Source: an uncultured delta proteobacterium (lineage in GTDB: Bacteria > Desulfobacterota > Binatia > UBA9968). From it: a stretch of DNA of 64,000 nt. A program made the translations under genes and the position numbers. Location: positions 160,001 through 224,000 of the forward strand of contig CAVUVW010000005.1 in NCBI GenBank assembly GCA_963745035.1, in the 5' to 3' direction. Positions 1 to 10,526 of this stretch are shown piece by piece; position 1 is the first letter of the stretch; the number at the start of each line of letters is the position of its first letter. The notes under the pieces are model-generated. The model was not told the DNA's origin and did not search any database. It saw only the letters and a list, made by a program, of their open reading frames with translations.

Positions 1-1313
1 AGTTTGAATGTCAAGCCGGACAACTGCAGGGAGCCGATGACCAGCCCGGCCAACGAGGTGATCACGACGATGTCGAGCAATGTGCGGCCGGTCTCTTCGA
101 TCGACGTAACAATTTTTCCGAACGTGGGGCGCGTTTCTTTTTGTAGAGCGCCGACGACGAAAGTGAGGATGACCGTCGCCATGCCGGCTTTGCCCGCTTC
201 CCAGTTTTCCCACATCAGCACATAGACCAGAAAAGCGAGTGGAAATACAAAAACCCACCCAAGTCTGATCACGCCGCGAAACTTTGGAATCTGCTCCGCC
301 GGCAACCCGCCAAGATTGTGCTTGGCGGCTTCCAAATCCACCTGCGTGAAAAGGGCGAGATAATAAAGCGCGGCCGGAACTGCGGCGGCCAAAGCGATCT
401 CGCCATATGAAATATTGAGGAACTCGGCCATCAAAAACGCCGCCGCGCCCATGACCGGCGGGGTGATCTGCCCGCCGTTCGATGCCACCGCCTCGATGGC
501 GGCGGCAATGTGGGAGGGATAGCCGGTTTTCTTCATCAAGGGTATCGTGATCGCGCCGTCCACAGCTACGTTCGCCACAGCGCTGCCCGATACAGTACCG
601 AACAGCGCCGAAGAGACTACGGAGACTTTGGCCGGGCCGCCGCGGTATCTTCCCATGACGATCAGCGCGATGTCGGTGATAAACTTGTCGCCGCCGACGG
701 CGTACAGGGCTTGGCCAAAAAAGATGAAAGCTACGACAACGCCGGCGGCAACCGTGAGCGGCACGCCGAGCAGGCCGTTGGAATCGAGATAGAGATAGCT
801 TGCGATCCGCGCCCACGTTGCGCCTTTGGCGGCGAAGAGGCCGGGAAAGAAATCGGCGAACTTGGCGTAGAGAATACAGACTACGCCCACCCAAACTAGC
901 GGCCAGCCCGCGACCCGGCGCGTGGCTTCCAGGATGAGCAGGATTGCGAGTCCGCCGAGGATCCAACGCTCGGGCGACAAGATGCCAAGGCGGTAGGCGA
1001 TCGACGGATACATCACCATGATAAAACCGCCGGTGATGAGACAGGCAAAGAAGCAAAGCCAATCGTAGGCGGGAACGCGGCCGCCGGTTTCGTCGCTGCG
1101 GCTCTTCACGCGCAGAAACACGCCGGCCATGCCGAGCGCGAAGAAAAAACCTAGAAATTGTTCCTTGAAGAAAGTGATATTGAAAAAAACGTGGACCTCG
1201 CCGGCCCAAAGTGCCGAGACCAGCGTGAGTACGATGACGACGGCGCGCTCGGTCGCGCGCGCCGCGCCGGTCAACGAACGAAACTTTGTCGCCGCGTTAA
1301 AGTCGTCGCTCAT
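1..1313 (-). CDS. TRAP transporter fused 4TM/12TM permease (3' end outside window)
   Basis: Own translation from ATG at 1313: MSDDFNAATKFRSLTG... with GRYRGGPAKVSVVSSALFGTVSGSAVANV and EAVASNGGQITPPVMGAAAFLMAE, the signature motifs of fused DctQM permeases; lies downstream of TAXI receptors. Confidence 0.93.
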   Translation of the reverse strand, partial: MSDDFNAATKFRSLTGAARATERAVVIVLTLVSALWAGEVHVFFNITFFKEQFLGFFFALGMAGVFLRVKSRSDETGGRVPAYDWLCFFACLITGGFIMVMYPSIAYRLGILSPERWILGGLAILLILEATRRVAGWPLVWVGVVCILYAKFADFFPGLFAAKGATWARIASYLYLDSNGLLGVPLTVAAGVVVAFIFFGQALYAVGGDKFITDIALIVMGRYRGGPAKVSVVSSALFGTVSGSAVANVAVDGAITIPLMKKTGYPSHIAAAIEAVASNGGQITPPVMGAAAFLMAEFLNISYGEIALAAAVPAALYYLALFTQVDLEAAKHNLGGLPAEQIPKFRGVIRLGWVFVFPLAFLVYVLMWENWEAGKAGMATVILTFVVGALQKETRPTFGKIVTSIEETGRTLLDIVVITSLAGLVIGSLQLSGLTFK

Positions 1314-1331
1314 CGCTTTTAGGATCGGTCA

Positions 1332-1365
1332 GTTCAAAACGTTCAAGCCGTTCAAATCGTTTCGG
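1332..1365. repeat. 9-bp tandem repeat array (GTTCAAnnC)
   Basis: GTTCAAAAC GTTCAAGCC GTTCAAATC GTTTCGG, intergenic. Confidence 0.85.
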
Positions 1366-1410
1366 GCGCAAATGTTGTCGACTGTTTGGAACACTTTCCG
1401 GGTGACGGAG

Positions 1411-2443
1411 TCACGGATTTAGCGCAAGAAGTCGTTTTTGGATTTCGTCCATCTTTGCGGGCCAAGCGTTCTTTTCCTTGTAGAACTGCACCGCGGCCGG
1501 GTGATAGGGCATGGTTGCGTCGTCGGTGACCGCACGTTCACGAGTCCATTCCTTCAGGGACGAGTGCAGCGGCGCAAGCTTGTCGATATTGTCCCAGATC
1601 GCTTTCAGAGACGCGTGAACTACTTCATTGCTCAGAGCTCTGTGGCCGACCAGGTACATGTCGTAGGCTTGTATGCAGGTATCGCCGATGACTCCGGTCG
1701 AGGCGCCGGACTTTAGCGTCGTCAGATAGTATCCCGGCACGGCTTTCTTAAGCCGCGCCTCGCCTTGAGGCGAGCAGTCGAGCGAAACGAAGCGCACACC
1801 GATGGCGGCATCGGCTTCCTTCACTTTGGCCGAGCCGACGGTGTGATTGCTCACCTCGGCACGTCCCTGAACCAAGGCGTCGATACCGTCGTTTACCGCG
1901 GGAACCGGCACGACCTTTACATCGTCCCACGTCAAACCGCCGGTGGCGAGCGAGCCGAAAACACTGAACCAGACGGCGAGATGCGCCGGATAATCGCCGG
2001 TCACGCGCTTGCCTTTAACGTCGTAGACGGTCTTCACCGGACCGTCTTTGCGCGAGACCATGCTGGTGAGCAGCGGTGAACCGCGCATGATCAAACGGGT
2101 GCGCGGCGTGTGAGGCATGGGATTGCGGCCGCCGATTTTTAGGCGTTGCCCCTGATACGCCAGTCCCATGTCCACGGCATTGATGATGCCGAAGTCGATC
2201 TCGCCGTTGTCCAAAAGCGGCAAGAAGGTGCTGCTGCCGGTATACGGCTGAACCACGGACTGCATCGGACCGGCCTCGCTGATCACCTTGGCGAGGCCGC
2301 TCGCTACGGAATAAAAGAGACTGCCGGCGGGATTGGCGGCGATCGTCGTCGAGGCCGGGAGTTTCTGCGCCTGAGCCGTGCCGCCGGCGAAGAGCCGTGG
2401 CAACAATCGCGAAACTTAGAAAATGCATTCGGTGGCTGCGCAT
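1411..2443 (-). CDS. TAXI family TRAP solute-binding protein (frameshift in signal peptide)
   Basis: ANPAGSLFYSVASGLAK, P(Y)HPAAVQFYKE motifs; RBS GGAGG precedes ATG at 2443, frame switches near 2400. Confidence 0.88.
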
Positions 2444-2460
2444 ACTGACCTCCGATCACG

Positions 2461-3492
2461 CTACGGATTCACCGCCAGTAACCTTTTCTGCGCTTCGTCG
2501 ATTTTTGCGTTCCAGAGATTTTTGTCCTTGTAGAATTGCATCGCTGCCGGATGGTAGGGCAGGGTGACATCGGCGGAGGCCGCGCGTTCACGCGTCCAAT
2601 CTTTGAATTGCGCATGCAGCGGCGGCAACTTTTCGATGTTGTCCCAGATCGCCCTGAGCGACGCTTGTACGACATCGTTCGAGAGCCCTTTGTGGCCCAA
2701 AAAGTAAATATCGAAGTTCAAAACACAAGTGTCGCCGAGGATGCCGGTGGAGAACCCCGTTTTTAAAGTCGTGGTCGAGTACCCGGGAACTGCTTTTCTT
2801 ACGCGAGAATCGCCTTGAGGCGAGCAGTCGAGCGGAACGATGCGCACGCCGACCGAGGCATCCGCCTCTTTGACCTTTGCTGCGCCGATCGCGTGAATGG
2901 CCGCGTCAGCCCGGCCCTGGACTATGGCGTCGATGCCGTCGTTGACGGCGGGAACCGGCACGACTTTGACATCGTTCCAGGAAAATCCCGCGCTCGCGAG
3001 CGCGGCGTAGCCGTGATACCAGATTGCAATGTTGGCTGGATACTCACCGGCGACGCGCTTGGCTTTGACTTCCTGGATGGTTTTGATGCCGTCCTTTTTT
3101 GCCACCAGGCCGATGAACAAAGGCGAGCCGCGCATGATCAGTCTTGCGTTCGGCACATGCGGCAAGGGATTCTTGCCGCCGATCTTCAACCTGTTCGGTC
3201 CCTGATACGAGAGATTGCTTTCGACTGCATTGATGATGGCGAAGTCGAGCTCGCCGCTGTCGAGCAGCGGCAGCAACGTGCTGGTTCCTGTATAAGGTTG
3301 CACCGCCGCTTGCATCTGTCCCGCGTCGCTGATCACCTTTCCCAAGCCGGCGCCGACGGCGTAGAAAACGGTGCCGGCCGGATTGGTGCCGATGGTCGTT
3401 GATGCCGGCAGTTTTTGGGCGCCAGCCTCGGCGGCTGCGAGCACAAGGCAGATGATTGCCGCCTCTAGCATTTTCATTCCACGTTTTGCCAT
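2461..3492 (-). CDS. TAXI family TRAP solute-binding protein
   Basis: Signal peptide, GTNPAGTVFYAVG, PYHPAAMQFYKD; paralog of neighbours. Confidence 0.92.
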   Translation of the reverse strand: MAKRGMKMLEAAIICLVLAAAEAGAQKLPASTTIGTNPAGTVFYAVGAGLGKVISDAGQMQAAVQPYTGTSTLLPLLDSGELDFAIINAVESNLSYQGPNRLKIGGKNPLPHVPNARLIMRGSPLFIGLVAKKDGIKTIQEVKAKRVAGEYPANIAIWYHGYAALASAGFSWNDVKVVPVPAVNDGIDAIVQGRADAAIHAIGAAKVKEADASVGVRIVPLDCSPQGDSRVRKAVPGYSTTTLKTGFSTGILGDTCVLNFDIYFLGHKGLSNDVVQASLRAIWDNIEKLPPLHAQFKDWTRERAASADVTLPYHPAAMQFYKDKNLWNAKIDEAQKRLLAVNP

Positions 3493-3570
3493 CTCGTTCT
3501 CCTCTCGAAAGTCGGTGTTCGAAGTCTAGGTCTCGGACCAACGAAACGTGAACCCAAGACTGAGCTAAAC

Positions 3571-4592
3571 TTACGGATTCAGCGCCAGCAGTCTTTTCTG
3601 ACCTCATCGAGCTTCGGCGACCATGCGCCGTTGTCCCTGAAGTATCGGATCGCGGCGGGATGGTAGGGAAGCGTGACTTCCGGATCGACGGCGCGCGCTC
3701 TGGTCCATTCGGTGAAGCCGGGATGAAATTGCGGCAGCTTTTCGATGTTCACCCAGACCGCCTGAATGATATTTCGAACCACGGCGTCGGGCAGCGCTTT
3801 GTGGCCGACGAGATAGATATCGTAGGTGTAAGCGCAGGTATCTTCGACAATGCCGGTGGAAGAACCGGCTTTGACGACAGAAAGATAATATCCCGGCACA
3901 GCCTTCTTGATGCGCGCTTCGCCCTGCTTGGAGCAATCGAGCGGGATGTAGCGGATGCCCACGGAGGAGTCCGCTTCCTTTACTTTCGCCGAGCCGATGG
4001 CATGCGTCGATACATCGGCGCGCCCCTGGATGAGCGCGTCCATGCCTTCATTCACCGCCGGAACCGGAACGACCTTGACGTCGTTCCACGTAAGCCCGCC
4101 GTTGGAAAGCGAGCCGAAGACGTTGTACCAAACTGCAAGCTGCGCCGGATATTCTCCGGTCACGCGTTTGCCTTTCACGTCGGCGATGGTTTTGATCGGC
4201 GAATCCTTGCGGACGATCAAGCTGCTGCGCAAGGGCGAGCCGCGCATGATCAAGCGCGAGCTGGCGACGTGAGGAAATGGATTTCTGCCTCCGACCTTGA
4301 GCTTTTGCCCCTGATACACCATGCCCATGTCCACCGCGTTCACTACGCCGAAGTCGAGCTCGCCGGATTGGAACAGTGGCACGAAGGTGCTTGTGCCTGC
4401 ATAAGGCTGAATCTGCGCCTGGATCGGCGAAGCGTCGCTAATGACTTTCGCGAGCCCGCTGCCGAGCGCATAAAAGAGCGAGCCCGGCGGATTGGAACCG
4501 ATGGCGACGGATCTTGGGAGCTGCTGCGCATACGCGATGGGAGCCAAAAGAAAAGTTGCTGTCAGCACAACGTAAAACAAGCGACGACGCAT
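3571..4592 (-). CDS. TAXI family TRAP solute-binding protein (frameshift in last codons)
   Basis: GSNPPGSLFYALGSG, PYHPAAIRYF; another frame gives QKRLLALNP* ending at 3571, matching the C-termini of the paralogs. Confidence 0.9.
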
Positions 4593-4707
4593 AGAGCCTC
4601 CTCGTAAAGTGGCGTCAATCTAGATCGAATGTGATTTTCGGTCAACGGCGATGTGCATCGAGGAGAAAACCGGAGGTCAACGGTTCCCGCGTGAATTCGG
4701 AAGGTTC

Positions 4708-4803
4708 GTCATTCCCGCACGTTTTAAGCGGAAATCCAGGCGAACTCCGATGCCGGCCGGTAACCTGCGGACAAAAACTGGATTGCCGCTTGCGCGGCAA
4801 TGA
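4708..4803. repeat. REP-like palindromic element (GTCATTCCCGC...GCGGAAATCC / GGATTGCCGC...GCGGCAATGA)
   Basis: Two hairpin-forming ends in inverted orientation in an intergenic region. Confidence 0.65.
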
Positions 4804-4866
4804 GCGAACGAATGTGAATTTGTCATATGGACGTGAGGCTGCTTCGTTGGACGCGATGCAGGAGAT

Positions 4867-5953
4867 TCACTCGGGACGCGTCGCGCCTAGGTGCTTGGCG
4901 AGAAAATCCCAGATTGCCGGGCGGTAGCGGAACGGCATGTTGTTGCAGACGTGGTTGCCGCCTTCGAGCAAGAGCCACTCTTTCATTCCCGACGCTTCGT
5001 CGTAAATCCGTTTCGCTTGCTCGACTGGAACAAAATCATTCGTGCCGTGAACGACCAAGAGCGGGCAGCGGATTTTCGACGCCAAGCCTTCAAGCGTGCA
5101 GCGGCTGTGCAGTTCTATGAGCTTCTGCTTGTCGTAGATCTTCCAGATGTGCGCCACGCGCGCGAATTCGAAGGGATCGTCGAAGCGATTGAGCACGCGT
5201 GTGCGATCGTACATGCCGCCGGCGAACGCGCAGGCTTTAATGCGCATATCGCAGGCGGCGGAGCGCGGCGCGAGATAGCCGCCCATGCTCGGACCAAAAA
5301 CGCCGACGCGACCGGCATCGACTTGAGGCAATTTTTCGAGATAATCGATCACGGCCGAAGTCGCGCGCTCGAACTCGACGATTAAGCCCGCCTTGGAACC
5401 AACTCTCGCCCTGGCCGGGACCGTCGAAAGTGAAGGTCGCCACGCCGCGGCGCAAGAATCCGTCCTCCATCGTGCGCGCTTCTTCTTTGGTCGATTCGAG
5501 ACCGGAGATGATGATGACCACGGGCGGTTTATTTATGCCGGTGGGGACGCGGAGATAAGAGGCCATGCGGAAGTTTTCGAACGGCACTTCGTGGCGCACC
5601 GCGGGCGGATTCAAATACGGCGCTGCCTTGGCATAGCATTCTACCCGCTTCTCGGCTGCGGGAATGTACTGATCGAGATCATGCGGAGAATTGTTGCAGC
5701 CGAAATGATAGGCCATCGAAGCCATGAGATATGCTTCCGTCGCACTCTCCCGATTGCCGGCGGCTCCCGCCTTGCGGGCGAAATCTTCATGTCCGGCCGC
5801 GGTCGCGCACCACTCGCGGCACCAATCGTCCCAAGTGCGAATCCGCGCGGCGGTCGTCATGAGATCGTTGTAATCGATCCCTTGAACGATCATGCGCGGC
5901 GCCCAGGTTTTCAGGACGTGATCGACGGTCGGATCGGGGTGCGGAGCTAGCAT
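4867..5953 (-). CDS. Alpha/beta hydrolase, 2,6-dihydroxypseudooxynicotine hydrolase/FrsA-like (frameshift ~5380)
   Basis: SGLESTKEE, FDGPGQGE, G-P-S-M-G nucleophile elbow, HGTND, GGNHVCNN in two adjoining ORFs. Confidence 0.85.
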
Positions 5954-5959
5954 TTCCGC

Positions 5960-7112
5960 CTAACGCCCCCATAACTCTTTTGTCGCGATCCGTGCGCCTT
6001 CGGCCATGGCTTCGAACTTGGCCCAGGCGATTTGCGGGTCGCCGACGCGTGGGCCTAAACCGCAATCTGTGCCGGCCATGACGTTTTCGCGGCCGACGAC
6101 CTTGGCGTAGCGCACGAGACGATCGGCGATCGCTTGCGGGTGTTCGACGATGTCGGTCGCATGGCCGACAACGCCGGGCACGAGGACTTTGCCCGGCGGC
6201 AGTTTCGCTTCTTCCCAGACGCGCCATTCATGTTCGTGGCGCGGATTCGCCGCTTCGATGGAGATGGTATTCGCTCTCACTTTTAGGATCAGGTCGATGA
6301 TGTCCCGCAGCGGAATATCGTACTTGTGCGGGCCATGATAGCTGCCCCAGCAGGTGTGAAAGCGCACACGATCGGGGGGAATATCGCGCAGGCCGTGGTT
6401 TAGCGCGTCGACGCGCAGCTCGGCATACTTGCGGTACTCCGGCACGCTCATCTTCGACATGAATTGCCAGCCGTCCGGCAAGTCTGGATCGTCGATTTGC
6501 AACAGGAAACCGGCATCGACAATAGCCTTGTATTCTTCGTGCATGGCGTCGGAGATCGCGACCAGATAGGCTTCGTCATTCGGATAGTAGTCGTTCTTCA
6601 TCCAGTGCTCGATGGTACCCGGCGCAATAGCGGGAAGAAAAGCCTCTTCGTATTTTTGGCCCTGCAAGCCGGCTTTGAAGTCCTCGATCTCGGCTTTCAA
6701 GGATTCATGTCCGACGTATTTGAGGGGCGCGTTGCAGAAGACGCGTCTTCAGGTTGTCGCCGCGGTGCGTGGCGCGGTTAGTGAAATATTCGCCGAACTC
6801 GACCATGTCGCGCGCGTAGATCGTGGAGGCGTGATCTCCCGGCTTTACTTCGCGCTCGATAAAGCCGCTGAGGCGCTCGCGCGCATAGCGTGAAAAGTTG
6901 GATTTTCCGACTTCGCCGTCGTTGATGACGTCGAGACCGCAAGCGATTTGTTTCTTTACAACTGCGGCGACCGCCTCGCGCACGCGCTTGGTGAAGGCGG
7001 GCTTGTCGATGGATTGGCCGCCGACTTGGGCCTGGTGCATCGCCTTCAAGTCCGGCGGTTGCGGCAATGCGCCGGCATGGGTGGTCAATATTCGTTCGCT
7101 GCTGTACTTCAT
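5960..7112 (-). CDS. Cobalamin-independent methionine synthase II family (single barrel) protein (frameshift ~6740)
   Basis: ILTTHAGALP, DVINDGE, HTCWG, EAANPRH, GTDCG zinc-ligand motifs. Confidence 0.9.
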
Positions 7113-7129
7113 TGAGCCTCCGAATAATC

Positions 7130-7185
7130 GTTCAAGCCGTTCAAAACGTTCAAATCGTTCAAGCCGTCTAGCTCAATCGTTTCGG
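7130..7185. repeat. 9-bp tandem repeat array (GTTCAAnnC)
   Basis: GTTCAAGCC GTTCAAAAC GTTCAAATC GTTCAAGCC ... GTTTCGG. Confidence 0.85.
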
Positions 7186-7188
7186 TGT

Positions 7189-8181
7189 TTACTTCATACC
7201 GTCCGCAACCTTTTGCGCGAAGGTGAAATCGAAGACACGCTCGGGGGGCGGCAGCTCCTTGGGTTTGATCCGCTGGGCGGCGACGGTGATCATTTCGCGC
7301 TGCAATTTTTCATCTACAGCGCCTGAAGCCACGTAGTATTGAAGCGCGGCGTCGTATATGCGATCGGCGAATCGATCACGATCTTTGCCGAGATCGAGGT
7401 ACGGCCCTTTGATGAACTCGATAGCGTATTTCCTGTCGGAGCGAATCAGCCGAATCCCTTTCTGGGTAGCGCGAATCATTTTCGTCACCAGCTCCGGCCG
7501 TTCGTTGACCGTTGCTTTGGTCGTGGTCAGCCCGCCCTGCACGGCGCGATAGACGTCCGCGCCGGCGGCGAGTTTTTTGAATCCTTCGTCTTGTGCGAGA
7601 AACGTCTGCGGGATTTGCAGCATCGTGGCGTCGATGGTGCCGGCTTTCAGCGCGATATAAAGGACATCGCTCGTGCCCAGCGGCAGAAACGTGACTTGCT
7701 CCGGCGGTATCTTGTTGGCGATAAAAATGTGGCGGGCGAGAATTTCCGCCAGCGCGCCGAAGGCCGTGATGCCGATCTTTTTGCCGCGCATTTGCGGGAG
7801 AGTAGTTATGCTCGGATGGCTAAGCATGTCGAAGGACGGCTTGTCCGTCAGAGCGAATACGACCCTGACATCGACGCCGCTGACAGCCGCGGCGACGGCG
7901 GTCCCGGTCGCGGTGCCGAAATCGATGCCGCCCGCGAGCATCGCCGGAATCGTTTGCGCCGCTTTCATGAAGATAAGCTCCGGCTCCAGCCCTTCCTCGC
8001 GAAAATAGCCGCGGTCGCGAGCGATAATAAACGGCATGTCGAGAATGCTGCGGGAAACGTAGCCGATGCGGACCGGAGGAAGTTTTGCGGTTTTTTCGGC
8101 GGCTTGAGTGTTCGGTCGGTGGGAAACGATGCTCGACAGAAGTATAAGCGCAAACAGCGCCACGCGGGTTCCATTTTTCAT
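7189..8181 (-). CDS. ABC transporter substrate-binding protein, SsuA/TauA/NMT1 family
   Basis: Signal peptide; IARDRGYFREEGLEPE, RGKKIGIT motifs; start placed at MKNG after AGGAAAGG. Confidence 0.88.
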   Translation of the reverse strand: MKNGTRVALFALILLSSIVSHRPNTQAAEKTAKLPPVRIGYVSRSILDMPFIIARDRGYFREEGLEPELIFMKAAQTIPAMLAGGIDFGTATGTAVAAAVSGVDVRVVFALTDKPSFDMLSHPSITTLPQMRGKKIGITAFGALAEILARHIFIANKIPPEQVTFLPLGTSDVLYIALKAGTIDATMLQIPQTFLAQDEGFKKLAAGADVYRAVQGGLTTTKATVNERPELVTKMIRATQKGIRLIRSDRKYAIEFIKGPYLDLGKDRDRFADRIYDAALQYYVASGAVDEKLQREMITVAAQRIKPKELPPPERVFDFTFAQKVADGMK

Positions 8182-8216
8182 GTTTCTACCTTTCCTCGTT
8201 GGAGCAGCGTGAAAAA

Positions 8217-8250
8217 ACACGAAACTCTAAACCCGAGACCCGAGACTCGT
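8217..8250. repeat. 7-bp tandem repeat array
   Basis: CGAAACT CTAAACC CGAGACC CGAGACT. Confidence 0.7.
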
Positions 8251-8251
8251 A

Positions 8252-8921
8252 TTAGGCGTAGGCGTCGTAGATGCCTTCGAACTTGGCGAGCTTGAAACGC
8301 ACCATGTTGCGCGCCGCCGCGCGCACCAACTCTTTTTCCCGATCGGTGTTGGCGTTGCGCGCGATGGTCTCCGCGGCCATGGCGGTATGTTCCTGGTCGA
8401 CTTTGCCATGGACGATGAAGAACGTTCGCGCCCGGCTGTCGAGCCCGTAATGCTTTTCCAGTGCTTCGTTGAACTCGTCGGAATAGCGGCAGACCATCGT
8501 CTCGTTGACCAGCGCGCCGGCGCGGGTCTCCGCCTGAGTGCCGAGGAACATGCCGCGGATGATCGCCGCGGTATGGGCGACGCACTCGAAAATCATGATT
8601 TCCTTCTCGAAGTCCTCGTCGCGTCAAACCCATCGCTTGGCCGAAGCGCTTCATCAAAGCCGGATGCGATGACTCTTCGACGAACAGCTCGACGAATTGA
8701 TTGTACGCCGGCGGATTGCTGGCATTCTTCACCATGCAATAGGCGAGGCCTTTGTTGATGGCGTGATTGGAAAGATAGTGCTGCATGGCGAAACCGGTGA
8801 TACGTTTTTTGGAGAGCTTGCCGTCGCGCAGCTCGGTGAAGTAGCGGTTAGCCATCAATTTGTCGACACCGGGCTGAATGATCTCGCGCATGAGTGAATC
8901 GATAAAGGCTTGATTTTCCAT
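8252..8921 (-). CDS. Heme-oxygenase-like (TenA/PqqC/CADD superfamily) iron-containing redox protein (frameshift ~8620)
   Basis: EESSH, NE, HGKVDQEH putative diiron ligands over two adjoining ORFs. Confidence 0.8.
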
Positions 8922-9003
8922 TTTTCACCTCTATGGAGCTACGAATATTCGCCAGCCGAACACTGTCAGAGCAGGAAAATAGAGTCAAGGCCAACATGTT
9001 GAA

Positions 9004-9033
9004 GGAGTCTAGAGTCTCGGGTTCCGTGTCTCG
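9004..9033. repeat. 7-bp tandem repeat array, reverse complement of the 8217 array
   Basis: GAGTCTA GAGTCTC GGGTTCC GTGTCTC GG. Confidence 0.65.
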
Positions 9034-9150
9034 GCGTTAATGGCCAAACTCTATGAATATTTGATTTCGAAACGGTTTCCGCTCCTCAAATGGGACGTCT
9101 TGCCTCTAATCTCTGCCGTCGCGACCGCAAGACTTTCCTGCGCCGCTTGG

Positions 9151-9180
9151 TTGACAGAGGTGCGCGGTGCTCCATATATT
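9151..9180 (+). promoter_or_regulatory. Putative sigma-70 promoter of the CoA-transferase operon
   Basis: TTGACA-N18-TATATT, 30 nt upstream of ATG 9210. Confidence 0.5.
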
Positions 9181-9209
9181 CGCGGAACGAAGAAGAGGAG
9201 AGAAATTAG

Positions 9210-10391
9210 ATGCCTGGCGCACTCGACGGAATCAAAATACTCGACATCACCAACTATATCGCGGGACCGTTTGCGACCATGTTGCTCGGCGACTTGGGCG
9301 CGGAGGTGTACAAGATCGAAACGCCCGGATCCGGAGATCCTTTCCGCAGTTGGGACAAGGAGCCCAAAAATTACGCGCCGAGCTTTTGCGCCGTGAATAG
9401 GAACAAGAAAAGCGTGACCCTCGATATGAAGACTGCCGAGGGCAAAGAAATCTTTTTGCGTTTGGCGAAGGACGCCGACGTGATCGTCGAAAATCTTCGG
9501 CCCGGGGTCGTCGGCCGCTTGGGCGTCGGCTACGAAGACATCAAAAAGTTCAATCCCGAGATTATCTACTGCTCGATTTCGGCATTCGGCCAGGAGGGAC
9601 CGTACAGCAAAAAACCGGGCTACGACACGCTCGGGCAATCTTTGAGCGGACTGCTCAGCATTCTTACAGATCTCGATAAGCCGGAGGGACCGGGCGCGTC
9701 GTTCTCGGATCATCTCGCGGGTTTCTACGCCGCCTACGGCATTCTTGGCGCCATCGCGGCGCGCCAGCGCACCGGCAAAGGACAGAAAGTAGAAACGTCG
9801 CTCTTGGAAGCGACGATCAGCTTCATCGGCTTCAGTATCACCCAGTATCTTTTCAGCGGCGACGTGCCCAAGAAGAGCACTCGGTTGAAAACCGCCGGGG
9901 TGTACGCGTTGGTCGCCGGCGACGGCAAACCGTTCGTGATTCATCTGTCGCATCCGCCGAAGTTCTGGATCGGCGTCACGGAAGTGATCGGGCGGCCCGA
10001 TCTGCAAACCGACCCGCGCACCAAAGACCGCCAAGCGCGCGTCAAGCACTTCGACATGATTCACGAGATTCTTTCGAAAGCGGTGCAGACAGCGCCGCGC
10101 GAGCATTGGCTCAAGGCGCTCCAGGAAAAGGACGTGCCGTGCGCGCCGATCAACAATCTCGCGGAGGTCTTCGAAGATCCGCAGGTGCAATTTCTCGATC
10201 GATTGATGACGGTCAACGATCCGGAGTTCGGCACGTTCAAACTGGTGAAGAACGGCGTCGGCTTGAGTGCGACTCCGACGGCGCTAACGCTTCGGCCACC
10301 AAAGCTCGGCGAGCATAATCAGGAAACTTTGCATGCTTTAGGCTATAGCGCGTCGGATATTCAAGAGCTCCGCGCCAAAAACGTCATATGA
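9210..10391 (+). CDS. CaiB/BaiF class III CoA-transferase
   Basis: LDGIKILD, AGPFATMLLGDLGAEVYKIE, NRNKKSVTLD, ADVIVENLRPG, GYD, PPKLGEH. Confidence 0.95.
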   Translation: MPGALDGIKILDITNYIAGPFATMLLGDLGAEVYKIETPGSGDPFRSWDKEPKNYAPSFCAVNRNKKSVTLDMKTAEGKEIFLRLAKDADVIVENLRPGVVGRLGVGYEDIKKFNPEIIYCSISAFGQEGPYSKKPGYDTLGQSLSGLLSILTDLDKPEGPGASFSDHLAGFYAAYGILGAIAARQRTGKGQKVETSLLEATISFIGFSITQYLFSGDVPKKSTRLKTAGVYALVAGDGKPFVIHLSHPPKFWIGVTEVIGRPDLQTDPRTKDRQARVKHFDMIHEILSKAVQTAPREHWLKALQEKDVPCAPINNLAEVFEDPQVQFLDRLMTVNDPEFGTFKLVKNGVGLSATPTALTLRPPKLGEHNQETLHALGYSASDIQELRAKNVI

Positions 10392-10447
10392 ATTTCCACT
10401 CGGATCGGCGCGTCACGAGAACGCAAGCGGGCCGCAAAGAGATGTCT

Positions 10448-10526
10448 CACCGCCGAGACGCGGAGTTCACAGAGATCGGAATGGTTGAAAAAGCCTTTTC
10501 TCAGCGTCCTTTGCGCCCTCTGCGGT
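10448..10526. repeat. Inverted repeat element CACCGCCGAGACGCGGAG...CTCAGCGTCCTTTGCGCCCTCTGCGGT
   Basis: Imperfect inverted arms made of 9-bp units overlapping the predicted 5' end of the next gene. Confidence 0.55.

Noticed and set aside
9051-10190. Long antisense ORFs (also 3660-4607, 7339-8295, 38477-39556, 51229-52470)
   Set aside because: Shadow ORFs opposite well-supported genes, expected in high-GC DNA
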